Source of the DNA: Candidatus Thorarchaeota archaeon
GTDB lineage: Archaea; Asgardarchaeota; Thorarchaeia; Thorarchaeales; Thorarchaeaceae
NCBI GenBank assembly: GCA_019057475.1
Contig: DXJO01000023.1
Location: 1-10,105, forward strand
Length of the DNA stretch: 10,105 bases
Direction: 5' to 3'
The notes below the pieces were generated by a model. That model worked only from the letters and a program-made list of their open reading frames with translations. It did not search any database and was not told the DNA's origin. This document shows positions 1 through 8,142 of this stretch, piece by piece. The translations under genes were made by a program, and so were the position numbers. Every line of letters starts with the position of its first letter. Position 1 is the first letter of the stretch.

Positions 1-1
1 T

Positions 2-442
2 CAGGCGTCTTTAGTTCTCACACATGAGGGAGGCGCTGTTAGCACATTGGATTCAATCTGGCATTGGGTTGAGCGGCCAAACGAGAGGATGATAGAGCTC
101 TTCTTTGAGAAAGGGTTCATCAGTATTCGGCTTGAGTCTGGCAAGCGCGTACTGGATTATCAACTACGGGGAGAGGGTCCTGTGCGAGTTTGGGAGGAAA
201 CCGCGAATCTGGCACTTCTCGAAACCCTAGGTGTGCATTCTAAGAACCTGTCAATGGAATCTGTTGAAACCCTGACTTCTGTTGGCGCTGAAAGATACGC
301 AGCTCTAAGCTATGCATTCCTCAAGTCAGTCCAATCTGGGACTGAACCGTTTCCTAGCTTCAGAGATGCAGTTACGGCCCATAAGGTCGTGGACGCAGCC
401 TATGATTCAGCTAACAAGAACCAGTGCGTTGATCTGCTGTAG
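2..442 (+). CDS. Gfo/Idh/MocA-family oxidoreductase, C-terminal part (5' end outside window)
   Basis: The frame is open from base 2 (QASLVLTHEGGAVSTLDSIW...), so the TTG at 47 is internal. The 'A-x-L-x-L-x-x-x-G-G-A-V-S-T-L' segment and the C-terminal 'FLKSVQSGTEPFPSFRDAVTAHKVVDAAYDSA' helix match the Gfo/Idh/MocA C-terminal pattern. Confidence 0.8.
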   Translation, partial: QASLVLTHEGGAVSTLDSIWHWVERPNERMIELFFEKGFISIRLESGKRVLDYQLRGEGPVRVWEETANLALLETLGVHSKNLSMESVETLTSVGAERYAALSYAFLKSVQSGTEPFPSFRDAVTAHKVVDAAYDSANKNQCVDLL

Positions 443-498
443 AGTACAAGAGGACAGCCTTAAGTGGGTTTAACCTCTATCTCGGCCTGAGTTCGACA

Positions 499-1869
499 AT
501 GCGCGAAATACCGGTTGGCAAAGTAGAGCCCTCTGACTATGATGTTGTCATTGCAGGGGCTGGCGCAGGTGGGCTATTGACTGCTCTTGCGCTAACTGCT
601 GAGGGCAGAAGACCTCTCATTTTGGAGAAGAGTGACCGTATTGGAGGTGTCTGTTACGGCTACGATTTTGAAGGCTACCGCATTGACAATGGACTCCACG
701 TCATAACAAGAGTGCACCATGGCGCATTCACCCGTTTTCTCCGGACCTATCTCAAGCCACCTCCTGAGTTCGTACTCCACGAGGGTTGGTTCTTCAGAGT
801 CTTTGACAAGGTTGGTACAATACCCGCCAGCGTCGGCGAAACCCTGACGTGGCCGCTCACAGGAATGCGGGGGCGTCTTGGATTAGCCAAGATTGGTGCC
901 AAGATAAAAACAATGAAACTTGATGAAATGCGCAAGTACAAGGACATCTCATTCCTCGAGTTTATGCAATCCAAAGGCGCCACGAACCAAGTGATGCTTG
1001 ATGTGATGCAGAGCGCAATCTACATGGCTGCCGGAGTGCCAATCGAACAAGCTTCTGCGTATGAGGCATTACGCACGCTGAAGGATACAGACAAGGAATC
1101 TTCAAAGCTAGGGTCTCTCAAGAAACTCCTCTTTGGTTCTGGGGCGGAGTATGACGAAGGTGTGGTAATCGGCGGAATGCAGGCACTCATTGAACGTGTT
1201 GCTGAAGCAATAGATGGCGACATCGTGTTGAATGCTCCAGTTGAGAGAATCACTGAACAAGACGGACATGTATCTGGTGTCACCGCCAACGGAGAGGATA
1301 TTCCATTCTCAAGAGTGGTCAGCAACATCCCTCTATGGTCCATGCCTGCGATAGTCAAGTCCGATCGTGCCGAGGTGAATGACTTCTTCCAAGAGTGGGA
1401 CCACATGAAGGTCACACGGGGTCTGACACTGTGGCTCGGACTGAACAAGGTAGTTCTTGGTGATCGTAAGTCTAGGGTTATTGTGCATCCGAATCCCAAC
1501 CGATGGATGCTCTCGCTCTCAAGCTTTGATCCCACGTGCGCCCCTCAAGGCAGGGAACTCATTGGAATTGCCACCATGTTGGAAGAAGGCACGACCATTG
1601 AAGCACAAGTCGAGAGAATGAAGGGGAATGGATTGGACGAGTATTATCCGGAGATATTCGACCAGATAGAGATGGAGCACGTTCAGACATCGTATGCAAC
1701 TAGAGCGGCTCTGATACCGGGACAGACTGCGCTTGACCGACCCGGTCCTCACACTCCAATCCAGGGGCTGTACATTGTAGGTACTGACACAGCTGGTGAG
1801 GGCGTTGGTCTTCAGCAAGCAGCCAATTCAGCAGAGGGTGTAGTTAGTGCACTGAACGCCGGGTGGTAA
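499..1869 (+). CDS. FAD-dependent oxidoreductase, phytoene desaturase/amine oxidase-like family
   Basis: N-terminal dinucleotide-binding motif DVVIAGAGAGG...LEKSDRIGG, then GYRIDNGLH, GGMQALIERV and C-terminal TPIQGLYIVGTDT...G.G...AANSA. Substrate cannot be determined from the sequence. Confidence 0.85.
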   Translation: MREIPVGKVEPSDYDVVIAGAGAGGLLTALALTAEGRRPLILEKSDRIGGVCYGYDFEGYRIDNGLHVITRVHHGAFTRFLRTYLKPPPEFVLHEGWFFRVFDKVGTIPASVGETLTWPLTGMRGRLGLAKIGAKIKTMKLDEMRKYKDISFLEFMQSKGATNQVMLDVMQSAIYMAAGVPIEQASAYEALRTLKDTDKESSKLGSLKKLLFGSGAEYDEGVVIGGMQALIERVAEAIDGDIVLNAPVERITEQDGHVSGVTANGEDIPFSRVVSNIPLWSMPAIVKSDRAEVNDFFQEWDHMKVTRGLTLWLGLNKVVLGDRKSRVIVHPNPNRWMLSLSSFDPTCAPQGRELIGIATMLEEGTTIEAQVERMKGNGLDEYYPEIFDQIEMEHVQTSYATRAALIPGQTALDRPGPHTPIQGLYIVGTDTAGEGVGLQQAANSAEGVVSALNAGW

Positions 1870-1896
1870 CCTGAAATTTACTGCTCGCTGAGCTAA

Positions 1897-1912
1897 CGAA
1901 AAGGTTTTGTTA
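1897..1912 (+). promoter_or_regulatory. Possible BRE/TATA-like promoter for the gamma-subunit gene
   Basis: CGAAAAGGTTTTGTTA is a purine-rich BRE-like tract followed by an imperfect TATA-like tract. A GAGGAG ribosome-binding site lies at 1952-1957. Confidence 0.3.
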
Positions 1913-1966
1913 TGCCGATACCGGCAAGTGGCTGACCTTGCGGTCTGCTCTGAGGAGTCATTTGAT

Positions 1967-2524
1967 ATGCCCATGATTGAAATTCGATGGCATGGCCGAG
2001 GTGGACAAGGCGGTGTCACCTCCGCCGAGCTTTTAGCGAAGGCAGCTTACATAGACGGTTACATTGGAGTCCAAGCTTTCCCTTACTTCGGGGCTGAGCG
2101 TAGAGGAGCTCCTGTTAAAGCATTCACTCGCATCTCTGACAAGGAGATCAATGTTAGGAGTCAGATATACACGCCCGACATTGTGGCAGTCCTTGATGCT
2201 GGTATCGTAGGGCTGATTGATGTCACTGAAGGCCTCAAAGAGAATGGGACGGTGATAATAAACACGCAAAAATCCCCGAATGAGATGAATCTAAAGAAGG
2301 GTCATGTGTATACGTATGATGGAACTGGCATTGCCCTGAAGAACGGTCTTCTCGTGGCTGGGCTGCCCGTTGTCAACACGACAATGTTGGGTGCGTTTGC
2401 TAAAGCTACCGGCTTGATCAAACTGGAATCAATCCAGCAAGTGATACGCAAAAACTGGCCCGGGAAAGTGGGCGACAAGAATGCTCTTGGTGCGCAAGAG
2501 GCCTATGATACCTGTACCGATTGA
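1967..2524 (+). CDS. porG: Pyruvate/2-ketoisovalerate:ferredoxin oxidoreductase gamma subunit
   Basis: Signature motifs EIRWHGRGGQGGVT, QAFPYFGAERRGAPV.AFTRI and P.VNT.MLGA. Start moved from the track's 1907 to ATG 1967 (alternative 1973) because GAGGAG lies at 1952-1957. Confidence 0.93.
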   Translation: MPMIEIRWHGRGGQGGVTSAELLAKAAYIDGYIGVQAFPYFGAERRGAPVKAFTRISDKEINVRSQIYTPDIVAVLDAGIVGLIDVTEGLKENGTVIINTQKSPNEMNLKKGHVYTYDGTGIALKNGLLVAGLPVVNTTMLGAFAKATGLIKLESIQQVIRKNWPGKVGDKNALGAQEAYDTCTD

Positions 2525-2538
2525 ACAAGCATGCCTGA

Positions 2539-3318
2539 TTAGGCGTACATCCTCTCATATCCAGGTCTGCTAACTCCTGGTTGGGCCTTTCTCATACCCT
2601 CGACCTGACGAGCCATCTCCTCCATCTTCTTGCGGATAGCTTCGGCACTCTCTATCAAGCCTGAGACATCGACTCCTACATCATATAGTCTGTTCAGAGC
2701 CTCAAGAAGTTCTGCTGCACCCTCCGGATCAGGAACGATGGCAACTGCCGGAGTCAGAAGAGCGAAACCAACCATGTCCCGACACAGCGTTTCGGACAGT
2801 ATTGAACCCGCTATGCCCGTGATGATGCCCTTTTGTAGAATCTCCATCTTTTCGTCCTTATCGAGGTCTGCAATCTTCTCTTCCTCAGCTGCATAGAGGA
2901 CTTTCCTGTTCTTCGGCAGACCTTGAACAGGTATCCCATCAAGAACGACAGTTTCTCTGACACCTATACTCGCCGCCCAGTCCAAGAGGGCCGAGCTCAC
3001 GTGATACATTCCTTCCTCAGCTATAGGGAGCTCAGTTGTAACAACAAGCAGGTTTCGCTCCTTTGAGCCGTAGATTCTGAATGGATGTCGCAATCGTCCG
3101 TCCAGAAACACAGCGGCGGACGGCATGTATTTTGACCTGACATGCGCCATCTCTTCCATCTGGAACTGATCAATAACTGTATTGGCGGCGATTGTGCCTA
3201 CAACTCCTGCAGACGGGAAACCGCACACGAGGAGCGGGTCCTTCATCTCTATTTTCTTGGTCTGTACAACCTGCGCTTCGGGTGCACCCAAAATCTTGGC
3301 ATTGCAATCTTCAGTCAT
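2539..3318 (-). CDS. Proteasome assembly chaperone (PAC2) family protein, PbaA/PbaB-like, with C-terminal HbYX motif
   Basis: Motifs LVCGFPSAGVVGTIA, HPFRIY, GIITGIAGSIL, PDPEGAA.LL..L and VDVSGLIESAE.I; C-terminus is ...MYA. Likely start is ATG 3318 (MTEDC..., GGAG upstream) rather than the track's 3408. Confidence 0.9.
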   Translation of the reverse strand: MTEDCNAKILGAPEAQVVQTKKIEMKDPLLVCGFPSAGVVGTIAANTVIDQFQMEEMAHVRSKYMPSAAVFLDGRLRHPFRIYGSKERNLLVVTTELPIAEEGMYHVSSALLDWAASIGVRETVVLDGIPVQGLPKNRKVLYAAEEEKIADLDKDEKMEILQKGIITGIAGSILSETLCRDMVGFALLTPAVAIVPDPEGAAELLEALNRLYDVGVDVSGLIESAEAIRKKMEEMARQVEGMRKAQPGVSRPGYERMYA

Positions 3319-3507
3319 TTCCAATGAACTCCAAGCAATACTCTTCACGCCAATGAATATTAAGATTGAGTTGAATCGCTGCGGGAATTCTCCGTCCAAG
3401 TCGACCAATTCGCCATCTTGGGCCCAAACGAGGATTGCAGGCTTAGGCGAAACGCATTTTGCTTAGTTAGGCAGTTATATTCCGTTACGTTTCAGTGGTG
3501 TCGCATC
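3319..3507. promoter_or_regulatory. Divergent promoter region between PAC2 and the aminotransferase
   Basis: Non-coding gap between divergent starts. TTATAT at 3475-3480 is 27 nt before TTG 3508, and an AT-rich TTAATA reads on the minus strand near 3358-3363. Confidence 0.4.
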
Positions 3508-4665
3508 TTGAAATTTCGCACCGAAGGAATCAGATTTCCTCCAATAGTGAAGCTGAGGGAAGCCGCTAGGAAGTTCGTTGGATCTCCTGATTTTCTTGAC
3601 CTTGGACAGGGTTTACCGGGCCATATTCCGCCGCGCCGGCCGCTGATTGCATTCAGCGAGAGAATTCTGCATCCAGCCGTTCACAGGTATACCCCTGACC
3701 AAGGACACATAGAACTCAGAGAAGAACTGGCCCTCTACCTGCGGAGAACCTCCGGTGTTCACGCAGACCCACATAGCGAAGTGACCATAACTGCAGGCGC
3801 AAACCAAGCATTCGCCGGGACTGTGTTAACAATCATAGGCAAGGGCGACAATCTGATTATACCGTCACCATACTACTTCAACTCAGTCATGGCGGTCCAG
3901 CTTGTAGGGGGCAAGGTTGTCGACATACCCGTTGGAAGCGGGTTTCAACCAGTCTTCGAGGACATAGAGGCAGCGGTGAACAAACGTACACGTGGAATAC
4001 TCCTCGTTTCACCGAACAACCCTACCGGCGCCGTGTACAATCGTCAGCTGATTGACCAAGTTGTCGACTTGTGCATGGACCGCGATATCATGCTAATTTC
4101 AGATGAAACTTACTCACAGCTTGTCTACGACGGATCAACACATTATAGTCCTCGATCAAGAAAGGACGCACGCGACCATGTTGTTACGCTGGGAAGCTTC
4201 TCCAAGGATTTTGGAATGTCCGGTTGGCGAACCGGTTACCTTGTAGGACCCTCCTTATTCATTGAGGAGTTCATGAAGGTACAGGATACAGTAACTATCT
4301 GTGCACCGACACCCGGACAGTTCCTTGCCCTTGAGATACTGAAGACTGGGCTTGATGCAGTGGAATCTGAAGTCAAGCGTTTGGGATTTCTCCGCGATTT
4401 AGCCTATCTACGGATTGATCAGATTGTTGCGCTTGAGACCGTACGAACCGGCGGCACATTCTACCTTTTCCCGCAAGTCAAGGGCTGCACAGATTCCCGC
4501 AAGCTAGTCTTGGATATCCTCCAGTCCACAAAGACATTGGTCTTGCCGGGAATCATTTTCGGTGATGCGGGAGAAGGTCACATCCGCCTTTCAATTGGAC
4601 CGTTAACTACTGAAGCGATAGATGAGGCCTTTGATAGGCTAGCTAAGTACTTCAACAGTGCCTAG
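3508..4665 (+). CDS. PLP-dependent aminotransferase, class I/II (aspartate aminotransferase-like)
   Basis: Motifs DLGQGLP, YTPDQG..ELRE, PNNPTGAVY, SDETY, SFSKDFGMSGWRTGY (PLP lysine) and PG..FG..GEGHIRLS. Likely start is TTG 3508, preceded by GGTG at 3497-3500. Confidence 0.92.
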   Translation: MKFRTEGIRFPPIVKLREAARKFVGSPDFLDLGQGLPGHIPPRRPLIAFSERILHPAVHRYTPDQGHIELREELALYLRRTSGVHADPHSEVTITAGANQAFAGTVLTIIGKGDNLIIPSPYYFNSVMAVQLVGGKVVDIPVGSGFQPVFEDIEAAVNKRTRGILLVSPNNPTGAVYNRQLIDQVVDLCMDRDIMLISDETYSQLVYDGSTHYSPRSRKDARDHVVTLGSFSKDFGMSGWRTGYLVGPSLFIEEFMKVQDTVTICAPTPGQFLALEILKTGLDAVESEVKRLGFLRDLAYLRIDQIVALETVRTGGTFYLFPQVKGCTDSRKLVLDILQSTKTLVLPGIIFGDAGEGHIRLSIGPLTTEAIDEAFDRLAKYFNSA

Positions 4666-5969
4666 ATGTTGTGGTATTTCTCCCATTCAAATTCAGTCAC
4701 AATAAGGCTCTGATACTCCATCCACTCTTCTCGCTTCACCTTCAGATAGGTTTCTACAAGCTCAGGGCCAAGTGCTTCTTTCATCAGGCTGCATTCTTCA
4801 AGCTGATTCAAAGCATCATCTAGAGTTGCTGGAAGTGTACCTATCCCCAAATCTTCTCTCTCTTTATCTGTGATATGGAATACATCTTCGCTCCTCGGCT
4901 CTGGTGGTTTGAGTTCTCTCTTGACACCGTCCATGCCTGCGGCTATCACAGCTGAAAATAGGAGGTACGGATTAGCAGTTGCGTCGGGAGACCGGAATTC
5001 AATCGCCGCTTTGTCACGTGTGCTGAATTGGGGTACTCTGATGAGAACTGTGCGATTTCTCAATCCCCACGAAATATAGACTGGAGCCTCATAATGGGGA
5101 ACTAACCTTTTGTATGAGTTTACGCTCGGGTTCGCTAAGGCTGTGATTGCAGGAGCGTGATGAAGCAATCCGGCAACAAACATCTTGCCAGTTTCCGAGA
5201 GTTCATCCCCCTTGTCTGTTCCAAACAGGTTCTTGTTTCCGTCCCAGAGCTGCATGTGACAATGAAGTCCATTTCCGGCGGACCCCGCAAAGGGTTTGGG
5301 CATGAATGAAACGTCGAGGCCGTAGTTCTGAGTGACCGCCCTGGCGAGATTCTTGAAGAGAAGAACAAAATCAGCCATCCTCTTGGCTTCTGCATAGTCA
5401 ATCTCTATTTCCTGTTGAGATTTCCCCACTTCATGATGTATCACTCGTGGATGCATGCCGTAGTCTTTCACTGCCGCGGCCATCTCAAGCAAGATGTCGG
5501 ACCCGGGGTTTGTTGGAAATGTGTCGGCGTAACCAGCCAAATCAAACGGTTCGCGATCGGTGGTTATGATGTGGAACTCGGGTTCAATCTTAACATCCAG
5601 GCGGAGATTGCCGGGAAGGTACCTCTCACAGACAGAGTAGAGGACCGCCCTTGTGTCTTTTGGGTAATACTTCTGGTCAGTTGCAGGCACCATTTTATCT
5701 TTCACAAAACACATCGCTGCTGCAATACGTTGCGAAGCATAGGGGATCTCAACCAGCGTAGACATGTCAGGTTCAAGACGAAGATCTGATGATTCAACTC
5801 TCGAAAGCCCAGTGATTGAGCTACCATCCACGCTTGTGCCTTTTTTGAGAACTGGGTCTTTCTTGAGTTCCTCTATCGTTTCTGCAGGTTTACAGGGTAC
5901 CGTCATTCCCTTGAGACGACCCAATAGGTCAGGGAATCGCAGCTCCACATATTCAATTCTTTCAGACAT
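4662..5969 (-). CDS. glnA: Glutamine synthetase, type I (GSI-alpha-like)
   Basis: Motifs DGSSI, EPEF, HHEVG..QQEI, FMPKP...AGNGLHCH, NSYKRLVP.YEAP, NR..LIRVP and IEFRSPD..ANPYL. The Asp of DGSS and the flap Glu of YEAP are present, as in true biosynthetic GS. Confidence 0.93.
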   Translation of the reverse strand: MSERIEYVELRFPDLLGRLKGMTVPCKPAETIEELKKDPVLKKGTSVDGSSITGLSRVESSDLRLEPDMSTLVEIPYASQRIAAAMCFVKDKMVPATDQKYYPKDTRAVLYSVCERYLPGNLRLDVKIEPEFHIITTDREPFDLAGYADTFPTNPGSDILLEMAAAVKDYGMHPRVIHHEVGKSQQEIEIDYAEAKRMADFVLLFKNLARAVTQNYGLDVSFMPKPFAGSAGNGLHCHMQLWDGNKNLFGTDKGDELSETGKMFVAGLLHHAPAITALANPSVNSYKRLVPHYEAPVYISWGLRNRTVLIRVPQFSTRDKAAIEFRSPDATANPYLLFSAVIAAGMDGVKRELKPPEPRSEDVFHITDKEREDLGIGTLPATLDDALNQLEECSLMKEALGPELVETYLKVKREEWMEYQSLIVTEFEWEKYHNI

Positions 5970-5981
5970 CGTCCAGTGCCC

Positions 5982-6293
5982 CTATCCCCAGAGTTCTTTG
6001 TACCATGCTTCAGAGTCAATTCCTACCTCAAGCCTGATGGATCCGCTAACAACACTCACATCTCTATCATCATTAACCTCGAAGTTGAGAGCGGCAATAC
6101 GAATCGCCTTCTTCTCCAGATGGACGTTGTTTATGTTGCGCGCATGAAGTCGAACAACTCTCTTTCCCCCGTCCATGACTAGAAGTAGATCCTCGTATGT
6201 GACATTACACTTCATCTTAAACTTGCTATCCCTCAGGGAGCCCATGTGCGTTTGCAGGTTAGCAAACTCGGCCTTGATTTTCTCTGCTTTCAT
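5982..6293 (-). CDS. Hypothetical protein, 103 aa, possible PH-like fold
   Basis: Clean ATG-to-TAG ORF ending 12 nt upstream of glnA on the same strand. It shows alternating beta-strand patterns and a terminal helix SEAWYKELW. Confidence 0.75.
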   Translation of the reverse strand: MKAEKIKAEFANLQTHMGSLRDSKFKMKCNVTYEDLLLVMDGGKRVVRLHARNINNVHLEKKAIRIAALNFEVNDDRDVSVVSGSIRLEVGIDSEAWYKELWG

Positions 6294-6415
6294 TTCCAGT
6301 CACGAGCGAATGCGAAGCTCTGCCACTTATGAATGTCTTTCTATCGTCAATGGCCTGTTACAATCCCAAGTCGGAAGACAAAAGACAGTGCTTGATACTT
6401 TATTATGGGGTTAGC

Positions 6416-7237
6416 ATGCGTAAGGGATTGCATATCGGAACCAGCGGCTGGTCATATGACGATGACAAAGGCTGGCGAGGTGTCTTCTATCACTCTAGGC
6501 GCTCTCTACTCCAGCAGTATCTTCGCATATTTCACACAGCGGAAATTAATTCGACTTTCTATGCTCTCCCAACTCCAAGCTTCATCAAGCATCTTGCCAA
6601 CATCAAGAACGAAGCTGTCTTCTTCACAGCAAAGCTGCCGAAGAAGGTCACGCATGAGCACAGACTGGACCTGAGCGGTGAGGGCGGAGCTGTACTCTCT
6701 GACTTCTTTTCGCTCATGGAACCTGTGAAGCATCGCCTTGAGGCGTTATTGATCCAATTACCTCCGTGGGACATCTCGAACATGGCAGATGTCGAATCGT
6801 TCTTCTCTGGGCTCGATGATTCATTTAGATATGCAATAGAGTTCCGGCACGAGAGTTGGCTGAACGACTGTGTCTGGAAGCTGCTTGAGGACTATGGCAT
6901 TGCGCATGTGATTGTAGACGAGCCCAAGCTACCAATCAGTCTGCGAGTCACCACCGACTTCGCATACATCCGCTGGCACGGTCATGGCTCTCGTCCATGG
7001 TACAACTACAGATATTCCGTCGAGGAGCTTGAGGCTTGGAAACCTCGCCTTGAAGACCTCATGGGACGATCTGAAACAGTTCTGGCGTACTTCAACAATC
7101 ACTTCAGTGGCCATGCGCCACTCAATGCTTTGCAGATGCTTAGTCTGATGGAGTCTATCAATCCCGGACAGACGATGAAGCTTGAGCGAATGCTAACACA
7201 CATGTCCGTGACCCAGACCTCACTTGATGAGTTCTAA
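6416..7237 (+). CDS. DUF72 (YecE-like) TIM-barrel protein
   Basis: Motifs IGTSGWSY...W...FY, EINSTFY..P, F.AK.PK.VTHE, LIQLPP, AIEFRH.SW, AYIRWHG, Y.YS..EL..W and YFNNH..G.A..NA. Start set at ATG 6416 (MRKGLHIGTSG). Confidence 0.93.
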   Translation: MRKGLHIGTSGWSYDDDKGWRGVFYHSRRSLLQQYLRIFHTAEINSTFYALPTPSFIKHLANIKNEAVFFTAKLPKKVTHEHRLDLSGEGGAVLSDFFSLMEPVKHRLEALLIQLPPWDISNMADVESFFSGLDDSFRYAIEFRHESWLNDCVWKLLEDYGIAHVIVDEPKLPISLRVTTDFAYIRWHGHGSRPWYNYRYSVEELEAWKPRLEDLMGRSETVLAYFNNHFSGHAPLNALQMLSLMESINPGQTMKLERMLTHMSVTQTSLDEF

Positions 7238-7320
7238 GTCCGCAATAGCTGGGATATGAACGCGAGCCAAGCGGAGAACCGACTAGGAACAGTCCCAATG
7301 ATGAATCGGTGCTCTACACT

Positions 7321-7527
7321 CTAAGAACTCATGTTTGTGTAGTATTGGTAAATATAGAGAACGATCCAGAGGATGTCAATCGCGAGAACGGTCATCCACA
7401 TTAGATTTCCAAACCCAAAAGCGAAAACCATATAGACTTGGTAAATGAATGTCCCTGTCCAAAGACGAATGAAGAAAAGGAATACACTCTGTCTGAAGTC
7501 CTTAGTTTCTAATACTACATCAGCCAA
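7321..7527 (-). CDS. Small membrane protein, about 68 aa, two hydrophobic segments
   Basis: A strong GGAGGT ribosome-binding site lies 6 nt before TTG at 7527 (MADVVLETK...). Two long hydrophobic stretches follow. Confidence 0.6.
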   Translation of the reverse strand: MADVVLETKDFRQSVFLFFIRLWTGTFIYQVYMVFAFGFGNLMWMTVLAIDILWIVLYIYQYYTNMSS

Positions 7528-7599
7528 AGAGGTACCTCCACTCCCAACCAATAGACGCTGCTTATGAGGATTTTCAATCTGTTGCTTGATCCTTAAACA

Positions 7600-8079
7600 T
7601 CAGGCATAGTAAGTAGGACCTTGTTTTTCAGACTCCGAAAGCCGTGGTATAGTATCTAGCCCAACAGCCGAGAACAAGAGTTTGTGGAGACTTATGCCTG
7701 CCAAAGTCACATTTCGCATGGCTATGGACAATCTGTCATAACTGAAACCGTCATCAAAGATTCTGTCATAAACCACAAATGGTGACCCTGGCTGAAATTA
7801 AATATCAATATTCAGCGTGGGATATTTCTCTATCACAGCCCCTTTGAACTTCGAATCTCTCTTAGGAGTGTAACGTTTTTCATGTTCTGCTGGCAACATG
7901 AACCGTGCATGGACTGCAATGTGGTCCTTGTTACTATGTCGGACTATAATCATTGCAATGGGCCCTCGTTTTATGCGAAACCTGAATTCAGTTGTATCAT
8001 CGGATATGTCTTCAGGTGAGTGGTTGTTAGCCTGAAGCCACTCCATTATCTCCTTCTTTGTAGGATCTCGTTGTGTCAT
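7600..8079 (-). pseudogene. DUF2299-like protein interrupted by one in-frame TAA (7798-7800)
   Basis: The 93-aa ORF continues in frame after TAA for 65 more codons (FQPGSPFVVYDRIFDDGFSYDRLSIAMRNV...SEKQGPTYYA) to TGA at 7600-7602. I..WL, PAEH and IF.DGF..D.L resemble archaeal DUF2299 proteins; this family assignment is from memory, not a search. Confidence 0.7.
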
Positions 8080-8142
8080 TTAGCATTACCTTGACAATGT
8101 TTTGGCATCTACTCCAATCTTGTTATGTTTCCACTTTTGCAC

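Noticed and set aside
592-7114. Many short overlapping ORFs in the track (e.g. 1020-1535, 2630-2896, 5415-5789, 5764-6147, 6405-6674)
   Set aside because: Shadow ORFs on or antisense to well-supported genes, with no recognisable motifs.
7298-7350. ATGATGA as box C of a C/D sRNA
   Set aside because: No CTGA box D at a suitable distance.
7620-7638. Degenerate inverted copy of the 19-bp repeat
   Set aside because: Only 12 of 19 bases match, in an AT-rich motif inside coding sequence (ESEKQ).
7601-7700. Imperfect long inverted repeat (CAGGCATA...TATGCCTG; CTTGTT...AACAAG) as a possible attC-like hairpin
   Set aside because: Arms are short and irregular, lie in inferred coding sequence, and lack integron RYYYAAC/GTTRRRY ends.
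7732-7771. TCTGTCATAA repeated 30 bp apart, resembling an operator or iteron pair
   Set aside because: Both copies are the codons for Y-D-R in the hidden continuation of the DUF2299-like gene.
7798-7800. Selenocysteine or pyrrolysine recoding of the internal stop
   Set aside because: The codon is TAA, not TGA or TAG, and TAA is used as a normal stop by other genes in this window.
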